Shown here piece by piece: positions 14,288-28,037 of a DNA stretch of 64,000 bases. The position numbers and the translations under genes were made by a program. The first letter of the stretch is position 1. Every line of letters starts with the position of its first letter. The notes beneath the pieces are model-generated. The model was not told where the DNA came from. It ran no database searches and worked only from the letters and a program-made list of their open reading frames with translations. The stretch covers positions 167,276,001 to 167,340,000 of the forward strand of contig OX597814.1 in the NCBI GenBank assembly GCA_951406725.2, read 5' to 3'. The DNA is from Octopus vulgaris. Its lineage: Eukaryota.

Positions 14288-14405
14288 CAGTCCCACTGCG
14301 TGGCATCTTGGGCAAGTGTCTTCTGCTATAGCCCCGGGCCGACCAATGCCTTGTGAGTGGATTTGGTAGACGGAAACTGAAAGAAGCCTGTCATATATAT
14401 GTATG

Positions 14406-14436
<31 letters not shown>

Positions 14437-14642
14437 GTGTTTGTATGTCTGTGTTTGTCCCCCTAGCATTGCTTGACAACCGATGCTGGTGTGTTTACAT
14501 CCCCGTCACTTAGCGGTTTGGCAAAAGAGACCGATAGAATAAATACTGGGCTTACAAAGAATAAGTCGATATGCTCGACTAAAGGCAGTGCTCCAGCATG
14601 GCCACAGTCAAATGACTGAAACAAGTAAAAGAGTAAAAGAGT
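14288..14642 (+). mobile_element. SINE family A (5'-truncated)
   Basis: High similarity to 21897-22291. Confidence 0.8.
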
Positions 14643-16284
14643 TGCCAACTATCTGCAATGAGTTGACAACAATAAAACTATTCTGGTGATACACCACCCT
14701 GGTGGCTGATCACCTTTTGCACAAAACATCATTGTTAAAATATGAGTTTTACAGCCTGCATGACTATTCTGTTGACCAAAGTATTAACAACTATTAAATA
14801 GATCCAAAAGAAGATAAAGTTGAAATATGGTACTCGTATAATGTAGTTTGTTTATGATAAATTTATGGTTTCAAACTTTATTCCTGTATCCTGTCACAGT
14901 ATTATATTTACATGTACAGAATCATACATCTTCCCCTAAAAAACTACAACATCTTTTCCGTTTGTTTTCATTTATTGATATCATCTTACATATTTTGTCC
15001 AACTTCTTGCTTTCATTGCTCAGAGGTTTTTTTTCAAGCATTTACAGTATTCTTTTTCTACTTAAACATTAAAATTTTACAATAGGAATATTCACAAAAT
15101 ATAGGGCAAAAAAAAAACACACTATTAACTGGAATTGAATGAAGCAGACTCTATAAACATCCATTATAAAATCATAAAAGATATGATAAAATGTTAATAA
15201 GATTAAAACATGAATCAACTTAAATAAACATTTTTCTAACAGTTATTGCAGTTCAATGCTTGGGATGTTAAGAGTAATGAACTAGAAATTTATTATTTTG
15301 ATCAATGTTGAATATGTATTGTATGATACATCATAAAATCATCACGAAGATAATTCCAATATCCTATGTTAGGAATCAACTGAAAGATTTCAGATATGAT
15401 ATGTGTAAAGAAACATAATCTGAATTCTCACAATTTACAATAATATAAAAAAAGAAAATGTATATATGAAGTCACATTTTATTGACTCAACAGCTGATTA
15501 AAATCAGAATGAAACATGTTAATATGTTAAAATAATTCTAAATACGTTAAAGTAATTCTAAATTATTGTTTATTGCCCCAGGGAGAAAAATGATGACAGA
15601 AAATGGAATTTTTAACAATAGATGATGCTAAAATGACTTCCAATCAAACTTAAAATTTTTTTTTTCTTTGAGGTACTCCTGCTTACTCACAGATTAGCAT
15701 TCATGGTCCCAGCTATTCACGGAACTGATAATTGTTTGCACCACATATACACGGAATCATAAATATTGTCCATGATTTTTTATAGCCTTTTTCATGGCAA
15801 TATACACTTTTCCACACGTTTGAAGGCTAAACTATAAATAATAATAAGTGGTTTGGCAAAGAGTCACATAGAATAAATACCAAACTTAAAATATACCAGA
15901 CTGGGGTTGATTCCTTCGACTAAACCCATCAAGTCAGAGCCCCAGTAAGTAAAAATGAAAGTAAAAGTAAAAATATTTATGTTAAAGAAAATGGAAAGTG
16001 ATTTAAAGTAAAACATATGTTCAGAATAAGTGGACACCATGATATTATTTTAGTTTTTGGATGCAGCTTTATCTTTTTCTCACAATTCTTACATAATGTG
16101 AGGTAGATACGTATCTTTCCTATAGCAAAACACCTGAACTCATTTCTTTATGATACTTTAGCCTCTCAACGCCTGTCTTAATGCCATCTCCTCTCTCAAA
16201 TACTCAGCCTGCTGCATAACTAAGGATTCTTTTTTGTGTTCTTTTCTAGTTTTGAAAGTTTTTCTTTTCTTTGTCTTGCAAGTT

Positions 16285-16655
16285 GCTTGGCAATCTTACT
16301 AGAATTGGTGGCATGAATAAAATACTCAGTACACTCTGTTCCGTGGTTGGCATTAGGAAGGATATCCAGCCTTGGAAACTTGCTAAAGATGATGATGGAA
16401 CTTGATGCAGTACTGCAACTTGACACAGCCCTGTAGCTTGATGCAATCTTACTGCTCATCGGGTCCTACCAAAGCGTCCAAACCATACCAGTATGGAAAA
16501 CAGACTTTGATGATGATGAGGGAGGAGGAGGAGGAGGAAGAGGATTATGACGATGACAATGACGACGACGACAATGATGATGATGATGAGGATGAGGATG
16601 ATGATGATGATGATGATGATGACAGTGATGATGATGATGATGATAAGGATGACTA
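16285..16655 (+). mobile_element. Degenerate RTE-tail repeat with expanded (GAT/GAG/GAC)n tail
   Basis: gtggttggcattaggaaggatatccagc...ccagtatggaaaacagac then trinucleotide tract. Confidence 0.55.
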
Positions 16656-17104
16656 TCAATTTCAATGGATAAGACATGTCTGTGACACTTCCCCATTATT
16701 TCTCCTGAAAACATTCATATCTAGTTAAAAAAAAAGGAACCAATATTTATATTTCATGAGAAATGGTTTCTGAGCCATAAAGATATAGTAATCTGGTAAT
16801 ACAAGAATTGAGTCAATATATATAGAACAGTAGTTACACTTCAGTGTCATTGATTTCCACCTAATCTAAGCTGGTTTCCATGAAATAAATATGAAAGAAA
16901 ATAATACAAAATAGGCCTGGTATCACAATTTTATAAATGTATCCACTGGAACTGTTTTAGCTGACATGTTAGAAACTATAAATAGTACTATGGATTAAAT
17001 AAATGAAACACAATTACTGATATGTTATTGTAATATGGCAATACCACTTACGTTATTGAAAACATCATTAAACTTTGATATTTTTATCTTCACATTCGTG
17101 AACA

Positions 17105-17620
17105 TTGTTGTGGCCATTGCAATCATCATCATTGTTGTTGTCGCCAGCATTGTCACTGCCATCGTCGTTGTCGGTGTTACCGCCACTGTCATCGTTGTTG
17201 TTGTCGATGTTGTCGTCATCATCATTGTCGTCGTCATCATCATCTCATCATCGATCATCATTCTCATCATTATCATTATCATTGTGGTCATCATCACCAA
17301 CACCATCATAATCGCTATCATTGTCATTGTCGTCATTGTTATCAACATCCCCCTCATCATCATCATTGTCGTCATCGTCGTTCTCCTCCTCCTCATCGTC
17401 GTCGTCATCATCATCTCATCATCAATCATCCTCATCATCATTATCATTATCATCATGGTCATCATCACCAACACAGTCATAATCACTATCATTGTCATTG
17501 TCATCATTGTTATCAACGTCCTCCTCCTCTTCATCATCATCATTGTCGTCATTATCGTTCCCCCCCCCTCCTCCTCCTCCTCATCATCATCATCATCATC
17601 ATCACCACCATCATCACAAT
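17105..17620. repeat. Degenerate (ATC/GTC)n low-complexity tract with internal duplication of about 180 bp
   Basis: catcatctcatca..atcatcaccaacac block occurs twice (near 17235 and 17410). Confidence 0.75.
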
Positions 17621-18864
17621 GGTTATCTCTTTAATCATTATCCTCACCACTAAATTCCCCATCGCTAACTTCACCACTACTCCCACATTCATATAAAAAA
17701 AAAAACTACTCATCCTCATTATTCTTCTACTCTAATTACTCTCCTCCTTCTCTTCCACCACCACTTCATCCTCATCATCATTATTGTCGTCATTATCACA
17801 GCTGGCATAATTGTCATTATCATGATTGACTATTTGACATATTCATTCTTTCTTTTTCAGTACATCAACAGGACAGCCTCTCTGCTACCCATCTCTATGT
17901 TTGGCTACTTCATCTGTTCCAAAGTTTGATCTAATCATTCTTGGCTTGCTTAACTTAAAAATTTCCAGGAAGTTATACAATTTATTTGATCTCGTAATCA
18001 AATATTGATCCTAATTACATTAGTGCTGCATTCGAGGAAAATATGGTAAGGAAATGGAACTCATTGTTGTTATTCCTATCAACTTAGTCTACTTGAGATA
18101 TTTCAAGTATAGTCAAGAATGAATTTGCTAAACTTGCGTATGAATGTGTACATGTATATGTGTGTGTGTGTGTGTGTGTGGAGTGGGTTAAAGAATATTC
18201 AGTTGATATTTTTAACAAGCATTGTTAGGTAAAAAAAAGTAAAAACATTGGTGGTGAATTCAGATCTGAGAATATTGTGTGTTAAAGAAAACATGATAGG
18301 GAATAAAGATGAGAGGAGATATATCATGTAGATCCATCTAACCCATGCCAGCATGGCTATGGAGTTGAGAAATTCATTTTGTTATCATGTGGTTCAGGAT
18401 ATTTGGATCCCACTGCATAGCACCATGCTATCACAAGGTCTGGTGGCTTGTATACTTCAAGGATCCTATTGCTATGCCATGAGCTATACTAGTAGAGTGA
18501 AAGCTCTTAGTAGGGCCTCCTATGCTGGACAGGCGAAAAGGATAGGGGCCAGACAAACAGGCCACATTTGAGAACAGCAGAGAAAAGTCATTAATGATCT
18601 ATGTTCCACAGGGTGTGAAGGGATTAAGTAAGGAGTAAGTAAGCATAGTACTGTGAGCAAGAGTCTTCTATCATAGCCTTGAGTCAGCCAAAATTTCGTA
18701 GGACTATGGGGAAGCCCATTGAATCATGTGCGTGTGTGTGTGTATGTGTATTGGCATCTAGTGAACAAAATTGGCAGGAGAAGCAAGAATACTTTTTGTG
18801 TATTTAGTTTCAACTATGTTATCTCCCTTTGTAACGATTATTAACTTTCAAGTGAGATCGCTGT

Positions 18865-19357
18865 TGTAGCATACGCTTAGTAAAATTCTCTCTCTCTCTC
18901 TGTTATATATACATGAATATGGACATAGTAGATAACAGCTAGCCTTTGGCTGCTCTTTCGCACCCTGTTGTGTCCACTACTCTGATTGGTTGGTATTGGC
19001 GTAGTTTGTCTCTTGTTCTATTGTGCACTAATATGCAACTCAACCAATCGCAGCCTTCTGATAAGGTCACGTGAGACAGTCTCTTCTAAACCTCAGTTTG
19101 CGCCGACTGGTCCCTAAAAAATGCTAGTTTCAACACCGTCTTTTGTCTTTCGGTTCTAGACCTTTTTAGGTCTAACCACTGACCACAGAGCACACAGCCA
19201 GTTCCAGGGACAACACCAATAGCAGCAACATGGAGAAACAGCAACACTTTATCCAGCAGCATTCAGGACCTCCATCTCTGTTGCCTCCGTCTTAACGTCG
19301 TCAACAACATCTCTCTACGTACACAGCAACCAGCAACCTTCGCATGGTAATTCTACA
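18865..19357. mobile_element. Solo LTR (Gypsy-like)
   Basis: TGTAG...CTACA termini, 4-bp TSD CTGT (18861-18864, 19358-19361), internal CCAAT boxes and CACGTG. Confidence 0.72.
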
Positions 19358-20721
19358 CTGTCATTATAATCAACTAAAAAACCCTTAAAGGAACTGCCCT
19401 AGCACAGCTACAGTCCGGTGACTGAAACCAGTAAAAGAATGAAAGAATGGGAGAATGAAAAATAAAGCACTGAAACATCGATATTACTGCTGCTTGTCAT
19501 GTTTGCTTTCCTTTTTCTTTTAAGTTTTGACTATGCAAACCACTACATTACATTGTTTATCCATCATGAAAACTGATTAGCAATTCTGAATATAAAATTA
19601 TAGATAAAGAAGTATGTCTGGATAAATACAAAGGTATCTTGTTGGTGTGCACATTAGTGATGTATTAAAAATATGGACAACATAATTAATTGCGATTCAA
19701 CATTTACATGCTGCAGGACTAGATTTAACTTCAGTGTTCGGAAATTTCAATAGTATGCCTCCAAAATGCTGCAGTATTAGAACTCTCTGAATTTAATAGA
19801 ATGCAAACAACGGGCTGTTTAAAGAATACAATGGATGTTCTCTCTGGTGAAAAATCATCAAAAACAAAAATAATAAGCTAAGAGCTTTCTTTTCAAAGTA
19901 TTCAGCAGTTATAGACCCACCCAAGATCTTAATTTTAAAATCCAGAATTGAAAATGCTTTTATGTATGAAGCAGTTTGTGCAATTTACACCAACAAAAAC
20001 ACACGTTCATTTCAGTACAACAGGGATTTTACAGCTGTTTTCAACATAATCTTATCACTTTGGAATTATACTGAAATAGGCATTATCCCTTTACGTACAT
20101 GTTGCTCAGCATATTACCATCACAATCATTATTTGTTATTTTATTATCACTTTCCGTAGAGTGGTTGAGTGATGAAAATTAATTGAGCATTGAACAAAAT
20201 ATTTTGCAGTATTTATTTCTACTTTTTGTAGAAATCCCACCGAGGTCTAATTTACTTTCCTTCCCTCAAGGTTCAGTAAAGTAGCAGTCATATATTGGGG
20301 GTCAATGTAATCAATTAACTCCTTTCTCATCAAAACTACTGTGTCTTTATTAGAAGCAATTATCCATTTTCCTAATTGCATAACTTGTTTGTCCTTATCA
20401 AGTTCAACCCTAATCTAGCAGATCTACAATCAAAGTCATTCCAATGTTTTCAAGCATATTATATCTAGGACTGCATTATTCAATGTGTCTTTCCTTTTCT
20501 TAAGATGGTAGAGAGTTTGTGTGATTTTTAATGAGATTTGATTGCTATTTCTAGCAGGTCAGATGAATGAATGGATTGAATGTATGCTTTATTATGCAAG
20601 CTTAATCATAACTTCTCCCTTTACTTAGAGCCAATTGCCCAGATTTAACAAGTTCCATCATTTCAGTTTTTCGTCTAGTTATATCTCCAAGCATGGCTGT
20701 GAACTGTAAGCCTGTTGTTAT

Positions 20722-21375
20722 GAAGTGGCTGTGAATTGCAAGCTGTATTGTTAGGAAAATCTTTTCACAACCACATGGTTTTGAGTTCAGTTCCTCAGAG
20801 CAGCACCTTGAGCAAATGTCTTCTACAAGAGCCACAGGTCAGCCCATGCCTGGTGAGTAATGATATATATACTTATGTATGTATGTATGTATGTATGTAT
20901 GTATGTATGTATGTATGTATGTATGTATGTACGTATGTATGTATGTATGTATGCATGTATGTATGTATGTATGTATGTATGTATATACGTATGTATGTAT
21001 GTATGTATGTATGTATGTATGTATGTATGCATGTATGTATGTATGCATGCATACATGCATGTATGTATGTTTCCTGCGTGTATGCATGCATGTATGTATG
21101 TATGTATGTATGTATGTATGTATGTATGTACATATGTATGCATGCATGCATGTATGTATGAGTATGCATGTCTTGCTGTCTGTCTGTTCTCCTCTGCTTA
21201 ACAAACCTATAACTGAACAGTTCAGCAAAAGGATCTAATCGAATAAGTACAAGACTTAAAAAAAAATAAATAATAAATACTGAGGAGTGATTTGGTCATC
21301 TGACACCTTCCAATGTAGTGATTGCCCCAGAATGGCTGCAGTCCTATGACTGAAATGATTAAAAAATATAAAAAT
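20722..21375 (+). mobile_element. Diverged SINE family A with internal (TATG)n expansion (20872-21170)
   Basis: Head and tail match family A on either side of the microsatellite. Confidence 0.65.
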
Positions 21376-21589
21376 AAAAAATATTCATATCAATTGACTC
21401 ATATATCCTGGTGTTGAGTCATATAACCTGATATTGTTGCTGTCTTGGAACATTATCAGATCTTGTTCAACATTTCTCTTAAGTTAACATCGCATATCCT
21501 GTTAGCCATATTCAACCTTTTCCTTTCCAATCATTTTACATATTCAGCCTACAGTTCTATACATGTTGTAAAACCTGATTTGGATGTCT

Positions 21590-22367
21590 TTTATCTTTTA
21601 CTCGTTTCAGTTAATGGGTTGCAGCCATGCTTGGACACTGCCTGGAAAAGTTTTAGTTGAACAGATTGACCTCCAGTATTTATAGTCTGGTACTTATTCT
21701 ATTGGTGTCTTTTGCTGAACTGCTAAGTTCATGGAGTGTAAACAAACCAACAACAGTTGTCAAGTTGGCATTGAGGACCAAACACAAATACAAAGCCCCT
21801 GCACAAACACACATATGACAGGCTTCCATACAGTTTCCATCTTCCAAATTCACTCACATGGCATTAGTTGGCTCAAGGTTATAGTAAAACAATAAGTAGC
21901 TTGTTTACCAACCACATGGTTCCGGGTTCAGTCCCACTGCGTGGCACCTTGGGCAAGTGTCTTCTACTATAGCCTCGGGCCGACCAAAGCCTTGTGAGTG
22001 GATTTGGTAGACGGAAACTGAAAGAAGCCTGTCGTATATATGTATATATATATATATATGCGTGTCTATGTTTGTGTGTCTGTGTTTGTCCCCCTAGCAT
22101 TGCTTGACAACTGATGCTGGTGTGTTTATGTCCCCGTTACTTAGCGGTTCAGCAAAAGAGACCGATAGAATAAGTACTGGGCTTACAAAAGAATAAGTCC
22201 CGGGGTCGAGTTGCTCGATTAAAGGCGGTGCTCCAGCATGGCCGCAGTCAAAATGACTGAAACAAGTAAAAGAGTAAAAGAGTAAAAGAGTAATGTGCTA
22301 TACAGTGGGACTGAACCTAAAACCACATGGTTGCAAAGTGAGCTTTATATCCACACAGCTATGCCTT
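21590..22367 (-). mobile_element. Old SINE family A copy split by a younger copy
   Basis: Tail half at 21590-21890 and head half at 22292-22367, both in reverse orientation. Confidence 0.7.
21897..22291 (+). mobile_element. Young SINE family A copy
   Basis: ggttccgggttcagtccca box, CpG-rich body, (GTAAAAGA)x3 tail. Confidence 0.85.
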
Positions 22368-22759
22368 ACATATGAATGTTAAGCCTTTGTGCTAATACTA
22401 CTTCCATGGTATATTAAAAAGCAGAAATTACTTAAGAGGATAGAATATTTAGTGAGGTTTGACTGATAATTCTTTTACACCAAGCAATTTTTTTTTCTTA
22501 ACTAACATTCTGGTCACTCCAGTATTGTGTTCTGGTTCCACGTTCTTTGAAGTTAATTCCTATTTTTTGATAGATATAGTGGCACCCAAAAACAAATGTG
22601 TTCTTTTGTCTTTCTCTGATTACTCAACTTAGACCATTTCTTCAGCACTTTATACTTTGTTTTGAATGAAAATCTATTCATAAGTATATGAAAGCACTGG
22701 ACATTTTGTGTTTGAACCTTGAGGCTAAGACAAATACAGAGTTTGAAGGCATCCAGATG

Positions 22760-23355
22760 TATCTTAAACCACAGAGGTCGGGGTCCCTTTATATGGTTGC
22801 TTGACCTGCTTAAAATAGCAACCAAATTGTCCTCAAAATCTCAGCTTAGTCTTAAAAATAGAATGAACGTGTCAGATAAGGTGGTACTAGATAACCTGGG
22901 GACATTTTAGGTCTCTAAATAAATCAGTTCACAGTGTCCTGTAGTATTTATAAGTAGCAAACTACAGCACACAGTGGTCAGAATTTGGTCCCAAGACTCA
23001 TGAGGCCTCTGGGCAACTGCCCAGTATGCCCATGCCTTAAGATAGCATTTAGATAACCCTAAAAAATGGAGTACTCATGATCAGAAAGCCTCATCTTAAA
23101 CCACAGAGGTAAGGGCTCTTTTATATGGTTGCTTGACCTGCTTAAAACAGTAACCAAATTGTCCTCAAAATCTCGGTTTACAGTCTTAAAAATAGAATGA
23201 ACATGTCAGATAAGGTAGTTCTAGATAACCTGGGGACATTCTAGGTCTCTGAATAAATCAGTGCACAGTGTCCTGTAGTATTTTTAAGTAGCAAACTACA
23301 GCATACAGAGGTCAGAATTTAGTCCCAAGACTTATGAGGCACATGGGCAACTGCT
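22760..23355. repeat. Tandem duplication, period about 332 bp
   Basis: atcttaaaccacagagg...tgggcaactgc occurs at 22761 and 23093. Confidence 0.85.
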
Positions 23356-24032
23356 TGATCAGAGCTGACTTTGGACTAAATGACAACAATGACAATGACA
23401 GCTACTCACAGAACATGTGGATAATCTTTACTCTAAACCTGGCTTTCAGTTCCCTCATGCATAACCAGCTCTCTACACGGGGTGCTATGTATCGTTAACA
23501 TTCAATTTTTCCAATGGAAAGAAATATGGAATCAAAAAATTTGCTATGCTTACACATATACTGACAATCAGCAGTTTCAAGGACACATAAGCAACGGTGG
23601 TTGGGGTGGTATTGGGATGGTATCAATGAAGAGAGGAGGTAGGTATTAAAACAAAGATATATCTTAGGTTAGAATAAAGTTTAAGAATTATCTCACACGT
23701 GACACTGTTTTTAGCTTTGAAAGTGTGTTTTAAAACACAACACAGTGAAAGTCAAGATTGAGTATGATTAACACAAAGAAGAAAGAACTGACACAATTAT
23801 GCCAAAAGAAATTATCACATCAATATTATCACATAATTATCATTTTATGTGCTTTTTTGAAAATATTGTTAATATCTTTGAGATTTATAAAAGCAGTAAG
23901 ATGTTAGAAATAGTGTAGCATTGGATTAAATTCCTTATATTATTTGATTTAATCTCACTATGATCTACATTTAAATCCTGTCAGGAATAGCATTTTTTTC
24001 AAAACAACACTGGTTAATAAAATATATAAATA

Positions 24033-24245
24033 AGATGGTGAACTGACAGAAGTGTTAGCACGCCAGGCAAAATGCTTTGCAGTATTTCATTAATCTTTAT
24101 TTTCTGAGCTCACATTCCACTGAGGTTGACTTTACCGTTCATCCTTTTGGAGTTGATAAAATAAGTACCAGTTGAGTAATGGATTTGATGTAATTGACTT
24201 ACCCATCTCCTGAGAATGCTGGCCTTGTGCTAAAATTTGAAACCC
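24033..24245 (+). mobile_element. SINE family B
   Basis: Same head and core as 26469-26690. Confidence 0.75.
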
Positions 24246-24383
24246 GTGAAATATATAAATAAATGTGCAGTTATCTTCCTTTGTTATTTTAATCATTTCA
24301 GATATGATACCCTTGCTCCTGGAGGGAGTTTGTGCTTAATAATTGCATGGGTAATATCAGTTAATGAAAGATTTTATAACTCA

Positions 24384-24746
24384 CTAGCAATATGACCCGG
24401 CAACGCCGGGTCATACTGCTAGTACATGCATATACAGCTGCGTGCGTGCGCACATACACGTGAGTACTGTCCAAATCTCTGACCAACCACATACAGCTAG
24501 CTGGCATTCAATTGGCGTATCAAGTTTCGGGCATTTTGATTGGGTTTTGGATAGAAAATTCACAAAAAAGTCATTTCTATTGATTTTTTAATGGCCTTGC
24601 AGGGTGACTGGGGAAATGTAAAAAATGTGCACGACCACCCTTGGACGGTTTTAAATGACCATAGAAAGTGCAAGCCCTCTAACTTAAAAATTGTGGATTT
24701 GTATGAAGGACACACACACAGACATTTTGCCGTTTATGTATATAGA
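24384..24746 (-). mobile_element. Non-autonomous Helitron with extended terminal palindrome
   Basis: Minus A^TC start with (TG)n; 3' end is a 19-bp-arm hairpin containing CTAG on both arms. Confidence 0.72.
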
Positions 24747-25173
24747 TTATATTACATAAGTGTTCTACAATATGCGTATTTATAGTGATCCACTGAGGTC
24801 CTTTTCCTCAGCCTTATGGTTGATAGCTATTATCAACATCACTACAGTTCCTACTTACTGATCACATCTAAGTCATGCCAACTGAGTTGTATATGTTTTG
24901 CTGAGGAGATAAAATAAAACTGGAACATGTTTATTACATTTACTAGTTGGTTTTATAGATAAAATCCACTCCCACCGGCATCATCTTTAGTTTCCAAAAG
25001 CTTGGATTGGCAGATATTACTGAGGTAACCTCTCTCACTTGTTATTTTTCAGATTTTAAACACACTTAAATTGATTTTTACCCACTAATTATATGGATAA
25101 TATCTGTTAATCAAAGTTTTCAATTCACTATGAAAGAGGCTACTGTTTAATCATCAGTATATACTAACACGTA

Positions 25174-25318
25174 TAGGCATGGCTGTGTGATTAAGAAGTT
25201 TTCTTCCCAACCATGTGGTTTTGGGTTCAGTCTCACAGTGCAGTACCTTAAGCAAGTGTCTTCTACTGTAGCTACAACCTGAGCAGATTTGGTAATTGAA
25301 AACTGAAAGAAGCCTGTT
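25174..25318 (+). mobile_element. SINE family A, 5' part
   Basis: ggcatggctgtgtg head and gtaccttaagcaagtgtcttctact core. Confidence 0.65.
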
Positions 25319-25619
25319 GAATATATCTCCCTGCACCTATCCCACTGTTGCCCATCTCCTGTTTTGCCTCACTTACTACCCCTCCACCCAGTCCCTCCAA
25401 CACACCATTCTCCAAGCCTTCCTGTGACTCCAGTCCAACTCCTCCACCTCGCACATCTTCCCCAACCTACCCCTTCCCTCCTTCAAATGAGCCCATAACC
25501 TGCATGACCTCCTGGTCCAGAGTTTCTTCCCTAACCCCACCTCCTAGCCTGGTTCATTCCCTGATCCCACCCACGCTGCTTTACTTGCCCTTACCTCTCC
25601 AACACCACCATCCTCACAG

Positions 25620-25960
25620 CGCCCATCATTGTCCCTATCGCATCACCAACTCTTTTACCTGCACTTCTAGTAACATCATTTACTGCATCTCCTGATCTTT
25701 CACCTTTCCCTGCACATCAGTCAAATGGGATGCCACTTGGCTACCAGTTTGCGGAGCACCTCTGAGTCATAGGACTCAGCAATGACACTCTGGTCTCATG
25801 CCATTTCCACTCTACCGGTCATTCACTATAACATCTGTCTGTGTTCGGACTGTCCTTGCACAAGGGCCATCCGGACTCCTCCCTTTGCTATGAGCAGGAA
25901 TTAATCTTCTCTCTTTGCTCCTTTGCACCACATGGGCTCAACTCTCCTCTCTTCATCTAA
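25620..25960 (+). pseudogene. Penelope-like element GIY-YIG endonuclease remnant
   Basis: ITNSFTCTSSNIIYCIS*...FAEHL...VSCHFHSTGHS, typical of the PLE GIY-YIG domain; contains stops and frameshifts. Confidence 0.7.
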
Positions 25961-26468
25961 CCCCCTCCTCTCTTCATCTGACACTTGCTTCCTCTCTTCA
26001 CTCCTACTTACCTCCTCTCTTCATTGATACTACCCCCACACCTTGCTTGGCATTTTTTACAACATTGTAAAATTATTACCTTGCTTGGAAATTGGTAAGA
26101 GCTAGTAACTAGAAGGGCATCCAACTATAGAAAATCTGCTTCAACAGATTCCATCTGACCCATGCAAATATGAAAAGCAAGGCATTAAATGATGGTGATG
26201 ATGATACTCAGTTAACTCAATTAACTTCACTTCTCTTCTAAAGCTTTATGTATGGCCTTGTGCCAATATAAGAAATTAATAATTTGTTTTACACAAATTA
26301 AATCTTTTGATTTAATTTGTGTGCTAAAACTAGGTGATATTCTTGATCTTATTTGAACTAAATATAGTTATGTAAGCAGAACATTTACAATTTTAATATC
26401 ATAGTAAATAATTGAAAAATGTAGATAATGAAAAATTACTATTATCATTATTATTACTATTATTTTAA

Positions 26469-26690
26469 AGTAGCAAGCTGGCAGAATCATTTGCACACTG
26501 GGCAAAATGCTTAGCGGCATTTTGCCCATTGCTACATTCTCAGTTCAAATTCCACCGAGGTTGACTTTGCCTTTCATCCTTTCAGGGTTGATAAATTAAG
26601 TACCAGTGAAACACTGGGGCCGATGTAATTGAACAGTTCCCTCCCCACAAATTTCAGGCCTTGTACCTTTAGTAAAAAGGATTATTATTA
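26469..26690 (+). mobile_element. SINE family B (best-preserved copy)
   Basis: agctggcagaatc head, agttcaaattcc B-box, aagtaccagt core, (ATT)n tail. Confidence 0.8.
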
Positions 26691-26744
26691 TTGCTAGCTG
26701 AATTGTTACAGTGTTGTAAAACCTGCCTTGCAGTATTTCTTTTG

Positions 26745-27065
26745 CTAAGTCCAGTACAGTTGGAATTGAAATATCAAACCTTGCTGCTAACTCACATGTA
26801 CTCTGAGATGTATCTGCTTCCACTATAGTTTCCAACTCATCATTATCCACCTTGGTCTCATGTTTACCATGGGACTGATTTTCAAGAGTAAAGTCACCAA
26901 ACCGGAACTTCTAAATTTATAGACATACAGTGCACTCAATCACCACATCTTCACCAAACAAACACCTTATTGATGTTTGGAGCTGTCTGGGATGCATTGC
27001 TTCCACAACGGAACTCATATTCATAAACAACACAAATTTTTTATCTATCCATGGGTTCACAAAAA
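26745..27065 (-). pseudogene. Mariner transposase N-terminal (HTH) remnant
   Basis: YEFRCGSNASQTAPNINKVFGEDVV...FRFGDFTLENQSHGK..VDNDELETIVEADTSQSTCELAARF. Confidence 0.75.
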
Positions 27066-27299
27066 GTGATTTACAAGAGAAAACTCACAATATAATCAGA
27101 CACCATGAATTGCACTTTATATATATATATACATACAGGCATACATATCTATACATATAAATTGGACATGGGTGATTCTTTCTTGCCTTGGGATTCACGG
27201 TCAAATGGCTGGGTGGAATTGCGCAAAAAATTACACAGATATGTAGAATGATCCAGTGGTGCTGCTGGGCTTTGTATTTTTTCATAGCACCCATGGTAA

Positions 27300-28023
27300 T
27301 CTACTATAATAATACTCTTGTGTTTATGAATGAGAAAGGAAAGGTTAATAGATGAATAAGGAAGGAAGGGGTGATGTCAAACTTAGTAGTGGGATCATGA
27401 AAATAGTGTGCTGAAAAAATAAATCAAACAGCATTTCAACTCTGTGTGAATATGTGTGTGTATGTAAAAGGGGGGTATGTGAATGTGTGTGTGTGTGTGT
27501 GTACATGTGTGTGCATTTTTGTGTGTATGCATGTGTGCGTGTCTGCGTGCAATGGAAGAGGGATATTTTGTGAAGTCTTTCTTTGTAGTGTTTCAGTTAT
27601 TTGTTTTTCAGTTCCAGATGGAATTTTTTTTTGGGGTTTTAAAATTTTGTGTAAAATCTCACATTGAGGTTGAGGTATTTAATGTCTTTTAATTATTATT
27701 TTTTTTTTGTTTTTTGACCTTTGAAAATTTAAAAGATTTTTGACCTATCTTTTATTTCTTTTAATTTTTGTTTTATTTTTTATGTTTGTTTCTGTTATTT
27801 TGCATCTTTATGTTCTGCATCTTTGTTCGCTTACTATTTGGGTTTATTTTTTAATTTGGTTGAATCTTGGTTGGTCAGTTATTTTTAGCGTTTTGACAGA
27901 AAAAAGTCATTCTAAAATTGTTTTTTAATGTAAGTATGCCCAAACAAGTCGAATGCTTACACAGAGCAGGTTTTACAGCCACATCATCCAAACTGATCCG
28001 GTGAAACCGGGTTTAGCTGCTTG
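27300..28023 (+). mobile_element. Possible old non-autonomous Helitron
   Basis: A^TCtactataataata start, ccggtgaaaccgg hairpin, CTTG^T end (one mismatch to CTAG). Confidence 0.4.
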
Positions 28024-28037
28024 TATATTTATATATA

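Noticed and set aside
16402-16728. Poly-Asp/Glu ORF
   Set aside because: Expanded (GAT)n retroposon tail, not a gene
17025-17634. 175-aa and 199-aa ORFs rich in M/T or I/V
   Set aside because: Translations of a degenerate trinucleotide tract; the D/E-rich frame is broken by stops
20736-21238. MYVC/HTYI repeat ORFs (also at 33, 44, 52 and 57.6 kb)
   Set aside because: Artefacts of (TATG)n, (CA)n and (TA)n microsatellites
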